Part shown: positions 10,707 to 22,187 of the stretch, one piece after another | Position numbering within the stretch: position 1 is the first letter of the stretch | How the letters are laid out: each line of letters begins with the position of its first letter | From: Rhynchopus sp. YZ270_cl-10 | Lineage: Eukaryota | Assembly (NCBI GenBank): GCA_964035575.1 | Contig: OZ037838.1 | Span: forward strand, 1,736,001 to 1,800,000 | DNA length: 64,000 bases | Reading direction: 5' to 3' | The notes under the pieces: generated by a model | Databases searched by the model: none | Told to the model about the DNA's origin: nothing | The model's input: only the letters and a program-made list of their open reading frames with translations | Position numbers and translations under genes: made by a program

Positions 10707-12677
10707 ATGCCGCTATGCGAGCACTGCTCCGAACCTGCCCCGTTGCAGTGTGGGTATTGCGAGGAGCTCTTCTTTTGCGACAGGCCTGCATGCTTTGAAG
10801 CGCTCCACCCACGCACACGCGACTGGGATATGCACCGCGCCTCGATCTCCTCCTACGGCTCAACAGCGTACTGCACGGTGCACCCTGAGAGCAAACTGCA
10901 CCTCGTCTGCGAGGACCCTGCCTGCAAAGATGCCCTAGTCTGCACACGCTGTGACAACCACACAGGACACAGTACCATCGACTTCGCTCAGTACATCGCG
11001 AAACAGCGTGCCACCATCTCGCAACTCACCACAGAGCGCAGCATCATCATTGCACAAAGCCGCTCCGACCGCCACCACGAACAAACACTTCTCCGCCACA
11101 CCCAACGCACTCACCTTTCTGCCAGCGAAGGTCTCTCCCGCAGCCGTGCCGAATGCGAGGAAGGTGTGGCGCGGAGCTTCCTCGCCCAGGCGCACCGAGA
11201 CGAAATCTTGCAGTCTCAAGACTCCCACACCCCGTATCTCGCATCCACCAGAACGCCTAATAAGACACCTACACCACAGCCAGCCCTTCGGCGGCCTTCA
11301 GTCCACGAGGTGACGCCGCCTTCATGGAACAGAAGGGGGCTAGAGTACGCAAGCTCCGACAGCAGTGGGTATGACAGTGACAGCGACAGTTCGTGCAGCA
11401 GCAGCATGCCGAGCACTGCACTTCTCGCATACCTGAGGGGCGCAAACGGGGACTACTCCACCGTGGATCTGTCGCGCCTACGCAATGTAGGGGCCATAGA
11501 GTATTGCTTCCTGTACGGCTGCACAACGTTGACCACATTAGATTTGTCTGCCCCAAGCAGCGTGCGAGAGGTGGGCGAGCGTTTTCTTTATGCATGCACC
11601 GCGCTGACCGCAGTCGACCTCTCGGGGTTAGGCAATGTGACGACAGTCGGCAGCAGCTTCTTAGAGGGGTGCGCCGCGTTGTCAACGCTGGAGCTCGCAA
11701 GCTTCGCGAATGTACAGAAAATCGGTGACTGCTTTTTGTATCAATGCACCGCGCTAACGGCATTAGATATTTCGGGTCTGGAAGCTGTGCGGGAGATCGG
11801 CGACGACTTTCTCTTGGACTGCACGGCTCTGGCGAAGTTGGAGTTGAGCAGCGTCACAAAAATTGGCGAGCGCTTTTTAATGCGATGCACCTCGTTGACA
11901 ACGTTGGTTCTGTCTGGGCTGAGCCGGGATGTGATTGAGGTTGGCCGTCGCGATGTAGGCTCGCTTACGAAGATAGAGGACTGCTTCGTCTCTGGGTGCT
12001 CAGCGTTGACCGAGATCGATTTGTCGGGACTGCACAACGTGGTCACAATAGACGACCGCTTCCTCGAAGGCTGCACCACCTTGACCGCTCTCAACCTCTC
12101 TGCCTTACGCAACGTAACCGAAATCGGGGACGGCTTCGCCCAAGACTGCACAAACCTCGCGACGCTAGAGCTCTCAGGTCTCTCCCAGGTCACACACATC
12201 GGCGACGGATTTCTGTGCGGCTGCGAGGTGCTGCAAACCCTCGACCTCTCTGGGCTCCGCGCTGTCACGGACATCGGAGGGTACTTCCTGAAGGGGTGCC
12301 GTGCGTTGGCGGAATTGGACCTATCTGGGTTGCGCAGTGCGATGGTGTTGGGCGACTACTTTCTTTCGTGGTGTACAGGGCTGACTGCACTGAATCTACG
12401 TGGGGATGGCTTGGGTCAGGTTGCGGAAATTGGGGGCTACTTTTTGCGCAACTGCTCCGCACTGCGTTCTCTGGACCTTTCTCAGTTGTCCGGCGTCACC
12501 AAGGTCGGCCGTAGCTTCCTCAGGGGGTGCGAAGGGTTGAACACTCTCGACATCTCGGGTTTCGGTAACGTAGCGGAAATAGGAGACGACTTTCTCGGAG
12601 AATGCAGATCCCTAAAAACACTTGAAGGATTAGATGCGTGTAGTGCTGTAGTCTTAAAAAGACACAAAACTGGGTGA
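10707..12677 (+). CDS. B-box/B-box/coiled-coil + leucine-rich-repeat protein (TRIM-like, no RING)
   Basis: CEHC..CGYC..FCDRPACFEALH..H (B-box1-like); CTVH..VCEDPAC..VCTRC..HTGH (B-box2-like); helical linker; Ser-rich spacer; ~15-16 LRRs of the form LTxLDLSGLxxVxxIGDxFLxGC. Confidence 0.88.
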   Translation: MPLCEHCSEPAPLQCGYCEELFFCDRPACFEALHPRTRDWDMHRASISSYGSTAYCTVHPESKLHLVCEDPACKDALVCTRCDNHTGHSTIDFAQYIAKQRATISQLTTERSIIIAQSRSDRHHEQTLLRHTQRTHLSASEGLSRSRAECEEGVARSFLAQAHRDEILQSQDSHTPYLASTRTPNKTPTPQPALRRPSVHEVTPPSWNRRGLEYASSDSSGYDSDSDSSCSSSMPSTALLAYLRGANGDYSTVDLSRLRNVGAIEYCFLYGCTTLTTLDLSAPSSVREVGERFLYACTALTAVDLSGLGNVTTVGSSFLEGCAALSTLELASFANVQKIGDCFLYQCTALTALDISGLEAVREIGDDFLLDCTALAKLELSSVTKIGERFLMRCTSLTTLVLSGLSRDVIEVGRRDVGSLTKIEDCFVSGCSALTEIDLSGLHNVVTIDDRFLEGCTTLTALNLSALRNVTEIGDGFAQDCTNLATLELSGLSQVTHIGDGFLCGCEVLQTLDLSGLRAVTDIGGYFLKGCRALAELDLSGLRSAMVLGDYFLSWCTGLTALNLRGDGLGQVAEIGGYFLRNCSALRSLDLSQLSGVTKVGRSFLRGCEGLNTLDISGFGNVAEIGDDFLGECRSLKTLEGLDACSAVVLKRHKTG

Positions 12678-13080
12678 CGTGGGTCGAAAAAAAATATAAA
12701 CTAAAACAAGACGAGAGCTGTAAGCAGCTTTAGGCGAGCGGTAGGTGTAAAGCCATTTTGTGTCTTGGTTCTGAACACATCCTGTATTTTCATGCTCGTT
12801 GAGGTCAGCAGCATAGCTTACAACTACCATTTGCTTGGAGTAAGGCCAGCTTATTGCACAGAGGAGAGCTGCCACAGGTAGGGGTGCTGGAAATGACTTC
12901 TCGAGTCTACATTGCACTTCGCGGTTAGCCCCAAAGGGAAGACACCCTTCAGAATCCAGGTAGAGAATGCTGCCCACCATCCCCATCCCCTCTGCACTGT
13001 CCGCGTAGACCCCCCACTACGCAAGGAGTCATCTGATGTCACAAGGCAAGTCGCTCCCCCCAATTGCATTGGACAAAATG

Positions 13081-13322
13081 GATGTAGGACTGCATGGTTG
13101 GGTGCCACCCCCGGTATCCGGTCATGTACCAAAGGCTGTCACGAAAGGGGTTTGTGTTTCAAACCAACGTTTTTTCCTCTTTTAGCTGTTAACAGCCCGG
13201 ATATCTTTTGCCTCATCGAGTGTGATCACTTTTGTTTGAACCCTCCCAAATAGTGGAGATTGCACAACTGTGGCTACACAACCGAGGCAACTACACTACC
13301 AACAATTTGTCAAAAAAAAAAA
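13081..13322 (+). repeat. Dispersed repeat ending in poly(A) (retroposon-like); further copies at ~27319, ~45388, ~45950 and ~48460
   Basis: Shared AGTGGAGATTGCACAACTGTGGC(T/A)ACACAACCGAGGCAACTACACTAC..AACAATTT followed by an A-run; upstream GATGTAGGACT..CTGTCACGA(A/G)AGGG block shared with the 45-48 kb copies. Confidence 0.65.
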
Positions 13323-13573
13323 TTCATTTCATGCTTTCATAAATTGCTGGCATCGTACGTGGGTCAGTCGGAGGTGCCTGCGTCAATATCCATTCCTTTC
13401 ACCCTTCTTAGAATTTTTCCCAAATACAAACTCCCCCTCTTGAACCCGTAAATGGGTTTTCACAAAAGGCCTTACTCGGGTAAAATCGAAAATAAGGCAA
13501 ATTTGGGTGATTTGGTTCTTTAATCCAGGGTACCCCAATATGCTGCTATGTTTGGCATTCAAAAAAATAAATA

Positions 13574-14306
13574 CCGTAGTCGGAAAAATGTTGTAACGGA
13601 ATAATGTTGTAACGCTGGAAAAAATGGCCCAGCGTTACAACATTATTCCGTTACAACATTTTTTTGGGGTTTATTTTTGTCTTAGGGATTTTTGCTGGTG
13701 CGGGGGTGGTTTTTGAAAAGAAAAATCTTGTGCCTCTGACGGTGGTGAAAAAAGGGCGGGGGGCGGGGGGATGATGTTTTTTTTTTTTTTTTGGTGTTGT
13801 TCAACTTAGCCGTAGGCTCGACTTTTTTTGTTCCACATCAAACTGGACAGGGCAAGGGGGGTACGTTTACTATGCACAGCGCTGACCTCATTTGCGACAG
13901 CACGAGATGTGCTGTCGTCTAGCCCCACTGCGCTTGCGGCGCTACCAGCAAGGAACGCCAGGTTGGGGGCATCTCCTCCTTCCGAAACAGGCTCGTGGGG
14001 ATTGCGGCGCTTGCAGAATTGGGCTAATCCCATTTGTTTCATTTTTTATTTGGGTGAGGGGTGGGGGAGGACGTCGAAAAACCTGAAACACTAATTATCG
14101 GCTTGAAATTGGGGTGTGGTGTGTGAGGTTGGGGATTATGCCGACTGTTCCAAAAAAAATCCCTAAGACAAAGTTCACCCCAGTCATAAAAATGTTGTAA
14201 CGGAATAAAGTTACAACTTCCCGCGATCCGCAGCGTTACAACATTATTCCGTTACAACATTTTTACGTTACAACATTTTTACGTTGCAACATTTTTCCGA
14301 CTACGG
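13574..14306. mobile_element. TA-flanked MITE (Tc1/mariner/pogo-like)
   Basis: 25-bp TIR CCGTAGTCGGAAAAATGTTG(T/C)AACG with 1 mismatch; TA on both sides; internal AATGTTGTAACG subterminal repeats. Confidence 0.85.
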
Positions 14307-15173
14307 TAAAAGGAACAAAGACAAATCCTCAAATACGCCGAATGTATTTGGACGCCAAGTTCTAAGGAGCTGTTTGGTCTAAAATACTCTGGTGACACAG
14401 GATGGTCATTACCTCTCCTATTCTACCCGTAAATGGGTCTCAACAGCGTGCTTGTATTTTTTTTTGTGTGGATTTGAATTTATGACTAAGCACAAACAGC
14501 TCAGCCTAATCTAATTACCCCTTTTATTTTTTACTCTTTGTATAACTGGTGCTTCCTTTTTGAACGACCGGAACACTAGTTGTGTAGCCTTTTTGTTTTT
14601 TCTTCTTGTCAAAGCGAAAATCACTATCAATTATTTACTAGTAACAAACAAAAAGAATTTAAAAAAGCGTCCGCAATTTTGATGCTGTGCGATAACCATT
14701 GTGATGAAGGTGACTTAGCACGAACTGTTTACGTTCGTAACATATTCTTTTCTTTCTTTCACACCATGCACGGCTATGCTTTGTAGACCATCCCGTTCTG
14801 TTTCAGGTCTGCGTGCCTTTGTCGTTTTTCGAGTGTTATCCTTGAGCATAGCACCGTGCCCAGTCATGCCTTCTTACAGGTTTTCCTGTCGTCGTACTTC
14901 CAAGGCGCGTTGTCTTCTGCTTTCGAGAAAAATGGAGGTTCAAATAGGGGATCGGTCAGCAGTACAGAAAATGAGCTTATGTGTCATGTCTGCTTCTTCT
15001 TGTGGTTCGTCTTCACATCACGCCTCGGGGGGAGAGAGGTGGAAATGCCAAAGATACATTGTGGTGTCAGTTTTGCACTCTGTTGTTACACGTCAACAGC
15101 CCACGTAATTCACCACAAATCATGCAAAACAAAACAACCCACACCTCATCACTCAGCATAATAAGACAAAACA

Positions 15174-16301
15174 ATGGATGTGACCTTTGTGCTGGAAGAG
15201 TCAGGCGTGACTGCGACAGTGGAGGTGCCGTGCGAGGCGGATGTTGCAGCGGCAAAGGAGGTTGCGTGCACGGCGCTTGCTGTCTCGCCTGCGTCTGTCG
15301 AGATGCGCATCGGCACGCAGGTGCTGGAGGGGACGTGCCGTCTGCAGGACACTGCGTTTGGTGCAGGGGTGCAGGTTGTGCTTGCCCGCTGCTTTGCCGA
15401 CATCAAGTGTCCTGCTGAGTACAGTGTAGAGGCGCCACCTGGAACGCAGCGGATGAATATGAATAGTTTAACGCTGTCTTTTTGTGGAGCACTCTGCCTC
15501 TTTACACAGAAGACACGCTATGTCACTGGCCTCGATACAGAAACCTTCAGCCCTGCCTTCAGGTTCAAAGTGGACTGTGGGATATATGGTGCGCCTGCCA
15601 TCTCACGGTGCAAGACACGCTGCTACCTGGCGTGTGGGGATGACTTACGCATGGTTGCACTTCCGGGTGGGGAGGTGCTCCGCAAGGTTGACCCCTCGTT
15701 CCAAGTGTTCGCGTGTGGCGGTGTTGTTGTCTCCCGTGGCGAAGGAAGCGTCTCTGTGTATGACGAAGACCTGACGTTGCTCCGCACTCTCTCTCACAAG
15801 GGCTGCGCCCAGTGGTGTGGGAGAGTGGCAGTGTCGGACTGTGGTGGGTGGGTGATCACCTCCTCCCTCAGTGAGAACAACGCACGTCTGTGGGATGTGA
15901 ACACAGATCAAGCTGTGGCATGTGTGCCTGCGGATGGGGAGTGCGTGGCCCTTTCACGGTCTGCCTCTGTCTTTGCTGTGGTGTGCTCTAACGAAGTACA
16001 GCTCTATGACTGGAGTGGCGCGGCTCTTCGCGGCTTTGATCAGGAGGAGTCTCGTGTCTGTGCCGTGCAGTTCAGTCCGTGTGGGAAGTACGTCGTTGTT
16101 TGCTTTGAGAGTGGTGAAGTATTTTGTGAAGAGTACACTCTGCACCAGTATGATATGGCGACCATGTCCTGTGTGCGTGTGATACAAGACAGCAATGGTG
16201 TATTTTCTATATCGCCATGTTCACGTGTGGTTGTGTTCAAGGCAGCAGGAGGTGACGCAGGAAGTAACGTCCTTGTCACAAGGCATCTGTACCCCTACTG
16301 A
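15174..16301 (+). CDS. UBL + WD40 beta-propeller protein
   Basis: Intact 375-aa paralogue. Confidence 0.9.
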   Translation: MDVTFVLEESGVTATVEVPCEADVAAAKEVACTALAVSPASVEMRIGTQVLEGTCRLQDTAFGAGVQVVLARCFADIKCPAEYSVEAPPGTQRMNMNSLTLSFCGALCLFTQKTRYVTGLDTETFSPAFRFKVDCGIYGAPAISRCKTRCYLACGDDLRMVALPGGEVLRKVDPSFQVFACGGVVVSRGEGSVSVYDEDLTLLRTLSHKGCAQWCGRVAVSDCGGWVITSSLSENNARLWDVNTDQAVACVPADGECVALSRSASVFAVVCSNEVQLYDWSGAALRGFDQEESRVCAVQFSPCGKYVVVCFESGEVFCEEYTLHQYDMATMSCVRVIQDSNGVFSISPCSRVVVFKAAGGDAGSNVLVTRHLYPY

Positions 16302-16492
16302 GCGATGCAGTGCACCCTGTGTGGGAAGTACCTCCTCGCTGTCGCTGAGTACTGCGGTGTTGCTATCGTGCGTTGCATCAGTATTTGCGTTGCACCCTCG
16401 ACCTACTAGCCTGTGAGGGAATTCATTTTGAGATATTTTGAGAATAACGACCACACCACCCTTTACCTCTCTTTTTCACTTTTGCTTTGTTA

Positions 16493-16624
16493 CCGTATTC
16501 GTAAATATGTTCGACCGTACTAATGTTCGACCGTAAATATGTTCGACCGTAATAAAGTTCGTCATTTTCCGGATTTTTCTGGAAGTTCGACACTTTTTAC
16601 GGTCGAACATATTTACGAATACGG
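16493..16624. mobile_element. 132-bp TA-flanked MITE
   Basis: Perfect 27-bp TIR CCGTATTCGTAAATATGTTCGACCGTA; TA duplicated. The paralogous spacer at ~321-340 (ctttgtTAaaaccctc) is the empty site. Confidence 0.92.
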
Positions 16625-16741
16625 TAATACCCTCTTCTGTTGGGAACTACAGACACAATGAGAACATGACACAAACAAAAAACAAAACAACCCACACCTC
16701 ATCTCCTCCCAACAGAGGTGGAACAAGAAGAAGACAAAACA

Positions 16742-17830
16742 ATGGATGTGACCTTTGTGCTGGAAGAGTCAGGCGTGACTGCGACAGTGGAGGTGCCGTG
16801 CGAGGCGGACGTTGCAGCGGCAAAGGAGGTTGCGTGCACGGCGCTTGCTGTCTCGCCTGCGTCTGTCGAGATGCGCATCGGCACGCAGGTGCTGGAGGGG
16901 ACGTGCCGTCTGCAGGACACTGCGTTTGATGCAGGGGTGCAGGTTGTGCTTGCCTGCCGCTTTGCTTACATCAAGTGTCCTGCTGAGTACAGTGCATCAC
17001 CGGATACGGAACACTTATCGTTGTCGTGTTGTGGAACGCTCTGCATTTATGGGGACATCAGTGGGCTCATTTGTGGCTTCGACACCGAAACCTTCAACAC
17101 TGCCTTCAAGTTCACACTGGCCTCTTCTGTGTCCAGCGCACCTGCCATCTCGCAGTGCAAGACACGCTGCTACCTGGCGTGTGAGGACGATGATAGTTTA
17201 TGCGAGGTTGCGCTTCCGGGTGGGGAGGTGCTCCGCAAAGTTGAAGGCGTCTCGTACTCGGTGTTTGCGTGTGGTGGTGTTGTTGTCTCACAGGAACACA
17301 ACGGCGTCTCTGTGTATGACGAAGACCTGACGTTGCTCCGCTCTCTCTCGCACGAAGGATGCAGGGAGGTGGCAGTATCGGACTGTGGTGGGTGGGTGAT
17401 GACCTCTTCCGGGAAGGAGAAGAACGTACGTCTGTGGGATGTGAACACAGGTGAAGCTGTTGTATGTGTGCCTGCGGATGGGTGGTGTGTCGCGCTTTCA
17501 CGATGCGCCTCTGTCTTTGCTGTGGTGTACAACAGAGGCGTGGAGCTCTATGACTGGAGTGGTGCGGCTCTTCGCAGTGTTGCTGTGGGTGAGATCATTG
17601 ACGGCATGCAGTTCACCCCGTGTGGGAAGTACCTTGTCGTCAACTTAGAATTCGTTTATTGGGTGACTGGTGGGAAATACGAGCTTCTTCAATACGACGT
17701 GGCGACCATGTCCTGTGTGCGCAAGTTTAAGAATGTTGAGAACCCATCGTTTGCGATATCTCCATGTTCGCGTGTGGTAGTGTTTAACAATGGCTCCTCC
17801 CTTGTGACACAACATCTGTACCCCTACTGA
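16742..17830 (+). CDS. UBL + WD40 beta-propeller protein
   Basis: Intact paralogue from the conserved ATG. Confidence 0.9.
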   Translation: MDVTFVLEESGVTATVEVPCEADVAAAKEVACTALAVSPASVEMRIGTQVLEGTCRLQDTAFDAGVQVVLACRFAYIKCPAEYSASPDTEHLSLSCCGTLCIYGDISGLICGFDTETFNTAFKFTLASSVSSAPAISQCKTRCYLACEDDDSLCEVALPGGEVLRKVEGVSYSVFACGGVVVSQEHNGVSVYDEDLTLLRSLSHEGCREVAVSDCGGWVMTSSGKEKNVRLWDVNTGEAVVCVPADGWCVALSRCASVFAVVYNRGVELYDWSGAALRSVAVGEIIDGMQFTPCGKYLVVNLEFVYWVTGGKYELLQYDVATMSCVRKFKNVENPSFAISPCSRVVVFNNGSSLVTQHLYPY

Positions 17831-18713
17831 GTGACGTCCGCCCTGTGTGGGAAGTACCTCCCCGCTGTCGCTTGAGGATAACGACGACACCACCCTTTTC
17901 CTCTCTTTTTCACTTTTAGTAAACACGTAGTATTTGAGCAAAAATGCTCGAGACCCTTGTGAAATGTCGCGCGTTCTGCGTATCCACCTCCCCGCTTGTT
18001 TTCCCCCTCTCTTTTCCCCTTTGTGCTCCGCAACATTTTCTGTACTTCAGGCAAAACACATTCAAACCGTAAATCTGCGTATTTACCGTTATCAAGTCGA
18101 GAAAAAATAAAAAAGGGGTAGTTCATCCTCGGGTGTCTACACTAATACAACCAAGTTTTCAATAAAGGGGGAAGCGAACAACAAACAACCTTAATTTTTT
18201 TCGGGGACATGACACTTGTGACATATCTTAGGAAATCTTTTAGTTTACGCGAAGACGATTCTCGTGCTCCTCACTTCTCCCCCACACTATGTCAATACAA
18301 CAGGTTAGACCGTTTGGTCTGGGAGGGTTTGGGGTTTTTTCTTCTTATTTTCTCTCAGTTCAATCTTGAACTATTTCGAGAGGATCTTTTATATTTTTTC
18401 AAAAATAAAAACGTGTGATCTGGGTGAGGAAGCCAACTTTTCAATATCTCCCCCATTTTTTCTATTTGCGATTTTTTCCCCACCCCGTTTTTAGAATCAA
18501 CAAAGTGTGTACATTAAGATTTCCTCTTCCCGTTTTCAGCCTTTTTGAGCAACAAGCAAAGAGCAACGAGTCTCTCGAGAATTTTTGCTTTGTGCCAACC
18601 CTCTTCTGCGTTGGTGGAAACTACAGACACAAGGAAAACATCACAAACATATAAAGCAAAATAGAACCACACCCCATCTCCCAACAGAGGGGCAACAAGA
18701 AGAAGACAAAACA

Positions 18714-19817
18714 ATGGATGTGACCTTTGTGCTGGAAGAGTCAGGCGTGACTGCGACAGTGGAGGTGCCGTGCGAGGCGGACGTTGCAGCGGCAAAGGAG
18801 GTTGCGTGCACGGCGCTTGCTGTCTCGCCTGCGTCTGTCGAGATGCGCATCGGCACGCAGGTGCTGGAGGGGACGTGCCGTCTGCAGGACACTGCGTTTG
18901 ATGCAGGGGTGCAGGTTGTGCTTGCCCGCCGCTTTGCCGACATCAAGTGTCCTGCTAAGTACAATGTACAGGAGAAAGCAGACAGCTTGTCGCTGTCGCG
19001 TTGTGGAACGCTCTGTATTTACCGTGGCCGCAGTGGCCGCGTTAGTGGCTTCGACACCGAAACCTTCAACACTGCCTTCGAGTTCACACTGGCCTCTTCT
19101 GTGTACAGCGCACCTGCCATCTCGCAGTGCAAGACACGCTGCTACCTGGCCCATATGGAAAGCTTACGCGTAGTTGAGCTTCCGAGTGGGGAGGTGATCC
19201 GCAATGTCGCTGGCCTCTCGATGTCAGTGTTCGCGTGTGGCGGTGTTGTTGTCTTGCAAGTCCTGGGCGGCGTCTCTGTGTATGACGAAGACCTGACGTT
19301 GCTCCGCACTCTCTCGCACGAAGGGTGCGCTGTCATTGCAGTGTCTGACTGTGGTGGGTGGGTGATCACCCACTCCCGGACGGAGCACACAGCACGTCTG
19401 TGGGATGTGAACACAGGTGAAGCTGTGGCATGTGTGCCTATATGGCGTTGTCGTGTTGTCGCGCTTTCAGGGTCTGCCTCTGTCTTTGCTGTGGTGGGGA
19501 TGGACAAAAGCGTACAGCTCTATGATTGGAGTGGTGCGGCTCTTCGCAGTATTGATGTAGGTGAGGATGTTGCGGGCATGCAGTTCACCCCATGTGGGAA
19601 ATACCTCGTCGTCAACTTAGCATTAGCTTTTTGTACGACTGATTATCGTTTTAAATTTGAGCTTCGCCAGTATGATGTGGCGAACATGTCCTGTGTGCTC
19701 AGGATTGAGAATGTTGACATCTCATCGTTTGCGATATCGCCATGTTCACGTGTGGTTGTGTGTCAGGAAGGCTCCTCCATTGTCACCAGACATCTGTACC
19801 CACACAACAGTGAGTAG
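18714..19817 (+). CDS. UBL + WD40 beta-propeller protein (HNSE tail)
   Basis: Intact paralogue. Confidence 0.9.
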   Translation: MDVTFVLEESGVTATVEVPCEADVAAAKEVACTALAVSPASVEMRIGTQVLEGTCRLQDTAFDAGVQVVLARRFADIKCPAKYNVQEKADSLSLSRCGTLCIYRGRSGRVSGFDTETFNTAFEFTLASSVYSAPAISQCKTRCYLAHMESLRVVELPSGEVIRNVAGLSMSVFACGGVVVLQVLGGVSVYDEDLTLLRTLSHEGCAVIAVSDCGGWVITHSRTEHTARLWDVNTGEAVACVPIWRCRVVALSGSASVFAVVGMDKSVQLYDWSGAALRSIDVGEDVAGMQFTPCGKYLVVNLALAFCTTDYRFKFELRQYDVANMSCVLRIENVDISSFAISPCSRVVVCQEGSSIVTRHLYPHNSE

Positions 19818-20162
19818 TGTTTTTTGTTTAGACTAACTAAATTAGTTTACACATCGTATTTTGCAAAATGCTCGAGACCATCGTGAAGATCGCGCGTCTG
19901 TGTCTCCCCTCCCCCGTACAACGTTTCTTTTGTTGTCAGACCGGTCTTACCGCCACATCCTTGTAGGAGTTGTGCTGTCTGTATACTGCTTTGGGATTTT
20001 TCAATTTTGTGTTCACTGTTTATTTTGTTTTATTGCCTCCAAATATGGGGCATCAAGCCAAAATTCTTTAGGGGGCAGGAAATAATGTAGGTTTTTTCCC
20101 CTGCCTTTTTTAGCCGTACATGGGTGGGGTGCTGGAAATATAGTAAATTTGAGCAGGGAATA

Positions 20163-20508
20163 CCGTAATCGTAAGAATTCTGGGAAGTAAATATTCTGGG
20201 ACGTAACAAAACTGGGACATTTTGGACTTTTTTTAAACTTGGGACATTTTTATGTCCCAGAATATTTACGTCCCAGAACTGTGTGACCTTCCCCCCCTCC
20301 CTCACCCATGCACTTCGGTGCAAACCCAAACATGTCCAACAAACAAAAAAAATTTACATGCTTGGGCCGGTTATGATCCCCTCGCCAACCACCCACACCC
20401 CCAAAATATTGACAAGCCGAACAATTCTGGGACGTAACAAAACTGGAACAATTGGGAAAAATCTGAAACTTGGGACATTTTTACGTCCCAGATTTTTTAC
20501 GATTACGG
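20163..20508. mobile_element. TA-flanked MITE
   Basis: TIR CCGTAATCGTAA..CTGGGA / TCCCAG..TTACGATTACGG; TA flanks; internal CTGGGACGTAA repeats. Confidence 0.8.
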
Positions 20509-20775
20509 TATATAGTAAATAGGTGGCATGGTGCTATCCGGGGGGGCGGTGTTTTGCAATGTTTCACAAAAGTCACAAAATTTCAATCCTATGCACAAGC
20601 TTTTCACAACTATTTACCCACACCGTTGTGAAAAGTTGTGAAAGGTTAACGCTCCAGCGTGGGTTCAACTTTCTTTGTAAAGACCACCCCTTTGCTTTGC
20701 GACGTTGCCCTGTTCATAGGGAGGGAATGAGTGTCGCGTTTGCTTCTTGTTGGGTGGGTGCTCATTATCATTGGG

Positions 20776-20809
20776 TGCCCTCCTGACCAGACATCTGTAC
20801 CCCTACTGA
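20776..20809 (+). pseudogene. Orphan 3' end of a UBL-WD40 gene
   Basis: tgccctcctgaccagacatctgtacccctactga is identical to the end of the 8403 gene and is followed by the same 3' spacer. Confidence 0.8.
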
Positions 20810-21101
20810 GCGATGCAGTCCACCCTGTGTGGGAAGTACCTCCTCGCTGTCGCTGAGTACTGCGGTGTGTTGCTATCGTGCGTTGTGTGCGTTATCAGTA
20901 TTTGCGTTGCACCCTCGACCTACCAGCCTGTGAGGGAATTCATTTTGAGTCATTTTGAGGATAACGACCACACCACCCTTTTTCACTTGCCTTGTAAAGG
21001 CATGATTCTGTTGGTGGAAACTACTGACAAGAACGAAAACATCGCAAACACACAAAACAAAACAACCCACACCTCATCACTCAGCATAAGAAGACAAACC
21101 A

Positions 21102-22187
21102 ATGGATGTGACCTTTGTGCTGGAAGAGTCAGGCGTGACTGCGACAGTGGAGGTGCCGTGCGAGGCGGATGTTGCAGCGGCAAAGGAGGTTGCGTGCACG
21201 GCGCTTGCTGTCTCGCCTGCGTCTGTCGAGATGCGCATCGGCACGCAGGTGCTGGAGGGGACGTGCCGTCTGCAGGACACTGCGTTTGATGCAGGGCTGC
21301 AGGTTGTGCTTGCCCGCCGCTTTGCCTACATCAAGTGTCCTGCTGAGTACAGTGCATCACCGGATACGGAACACTTATCGCTGTCGGGTTGTGGAACGCT
21401 CTGCATTTATGGGGACAACAGTGGGCTCATTTGTGGCTTTGACACAGAAACCTTCAACACTGCCTTCGAGTTCACACTGGCCTCTTCTGTGTCCAGCGCA
21501 CCTGCCATCTCGCAGTGCAAGACACGCTGCTACCTGGCGTGTGAGGACGATGATAGTTTATGCGAGGTTGCGCTTCCGGGTGGGGAGGTGCTCCGCAAAG
21601 TCGCTGGCCTCTCGATGTCTGTGTTTGCGTGTGGCGGTGTTGTTGTCTCACAGGACCATAAGGGCGTCTCTGTGTATGACGAAGACCTGACGTTGCTCCG
21701 CACACTCTCACACAAGGGGTGCAAGAAGGTGGCAGTGTCTGACTGTGGTGGGTGGGTGATCACCTCCTCCAGAGTGGAGCAGAATGCACGTCTGTGGGAT
21801 GTGAACACAGGTGAAGTCGTGACATGTGTGCGTATATCAAAGCGTTGTGGGTTTGTTGCGCTTTCACGATGTGCCTCTGTCTTTGCTGTGGTGGGGGTGA
21901 ACAAAAGCGTGGAGCTCTATGACTGGAGTGGTGCGGCTCTTCGCAGTGCTATTCTGGGTGCGAGCATTAAGGACATGCAGTTCACCCCATGTGGGAAGTA
22001 CCTTGTAGTCAACTTCTGGTTCAGGGACGAGCTTCGCCAGTACAATGTTGCGAACATGTCCTGTGTGCTCAGGATTGAGAATGTTGACATCTCATCGTTT
22101 GCGATATCGCCATGTTCACGTGTGGTTGTGTGTCAGGAAGGCTCCTCCATTGTCGCCAGACATCTGTACCCATACAACAGTGAGTGA
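21102..22187 (+). CDS. UBL + WD40 beta-propeller protein
   Basis: Intact 361-aa paralogue. Confidence 0.9.
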   Translation: MDVTFVLEESGVTATVEVPCEADVAAAKEVACTALAVSPASVEMRIGTQVLEGTCRLQDTAFDAGLQVVLARRFAYIKCPAEYSASPDTEHLSLSGCGTLCIYGDNSGLICGFDTETFNTAFEFTLASSVSSAPAISQCKTRCYLACEDDDSLCEVALPGGEVLRKVAGLSMSVFACGGVVVSQDHKGVSVYDEDLTLLRTLSHKGCKKVAVSDCGGWVITSSRVEQNARLWDVNTGEVVTCVRISKRCGFVALSRCASVFAVVGVNKSVELYDWSGAALRSAILGASIKDMQFTPCGKYLVVNFWFRDELRQYNVANMSCVLRIENVDISSFAISPCSRVVVCQEGSSIVARHLYPYNSE

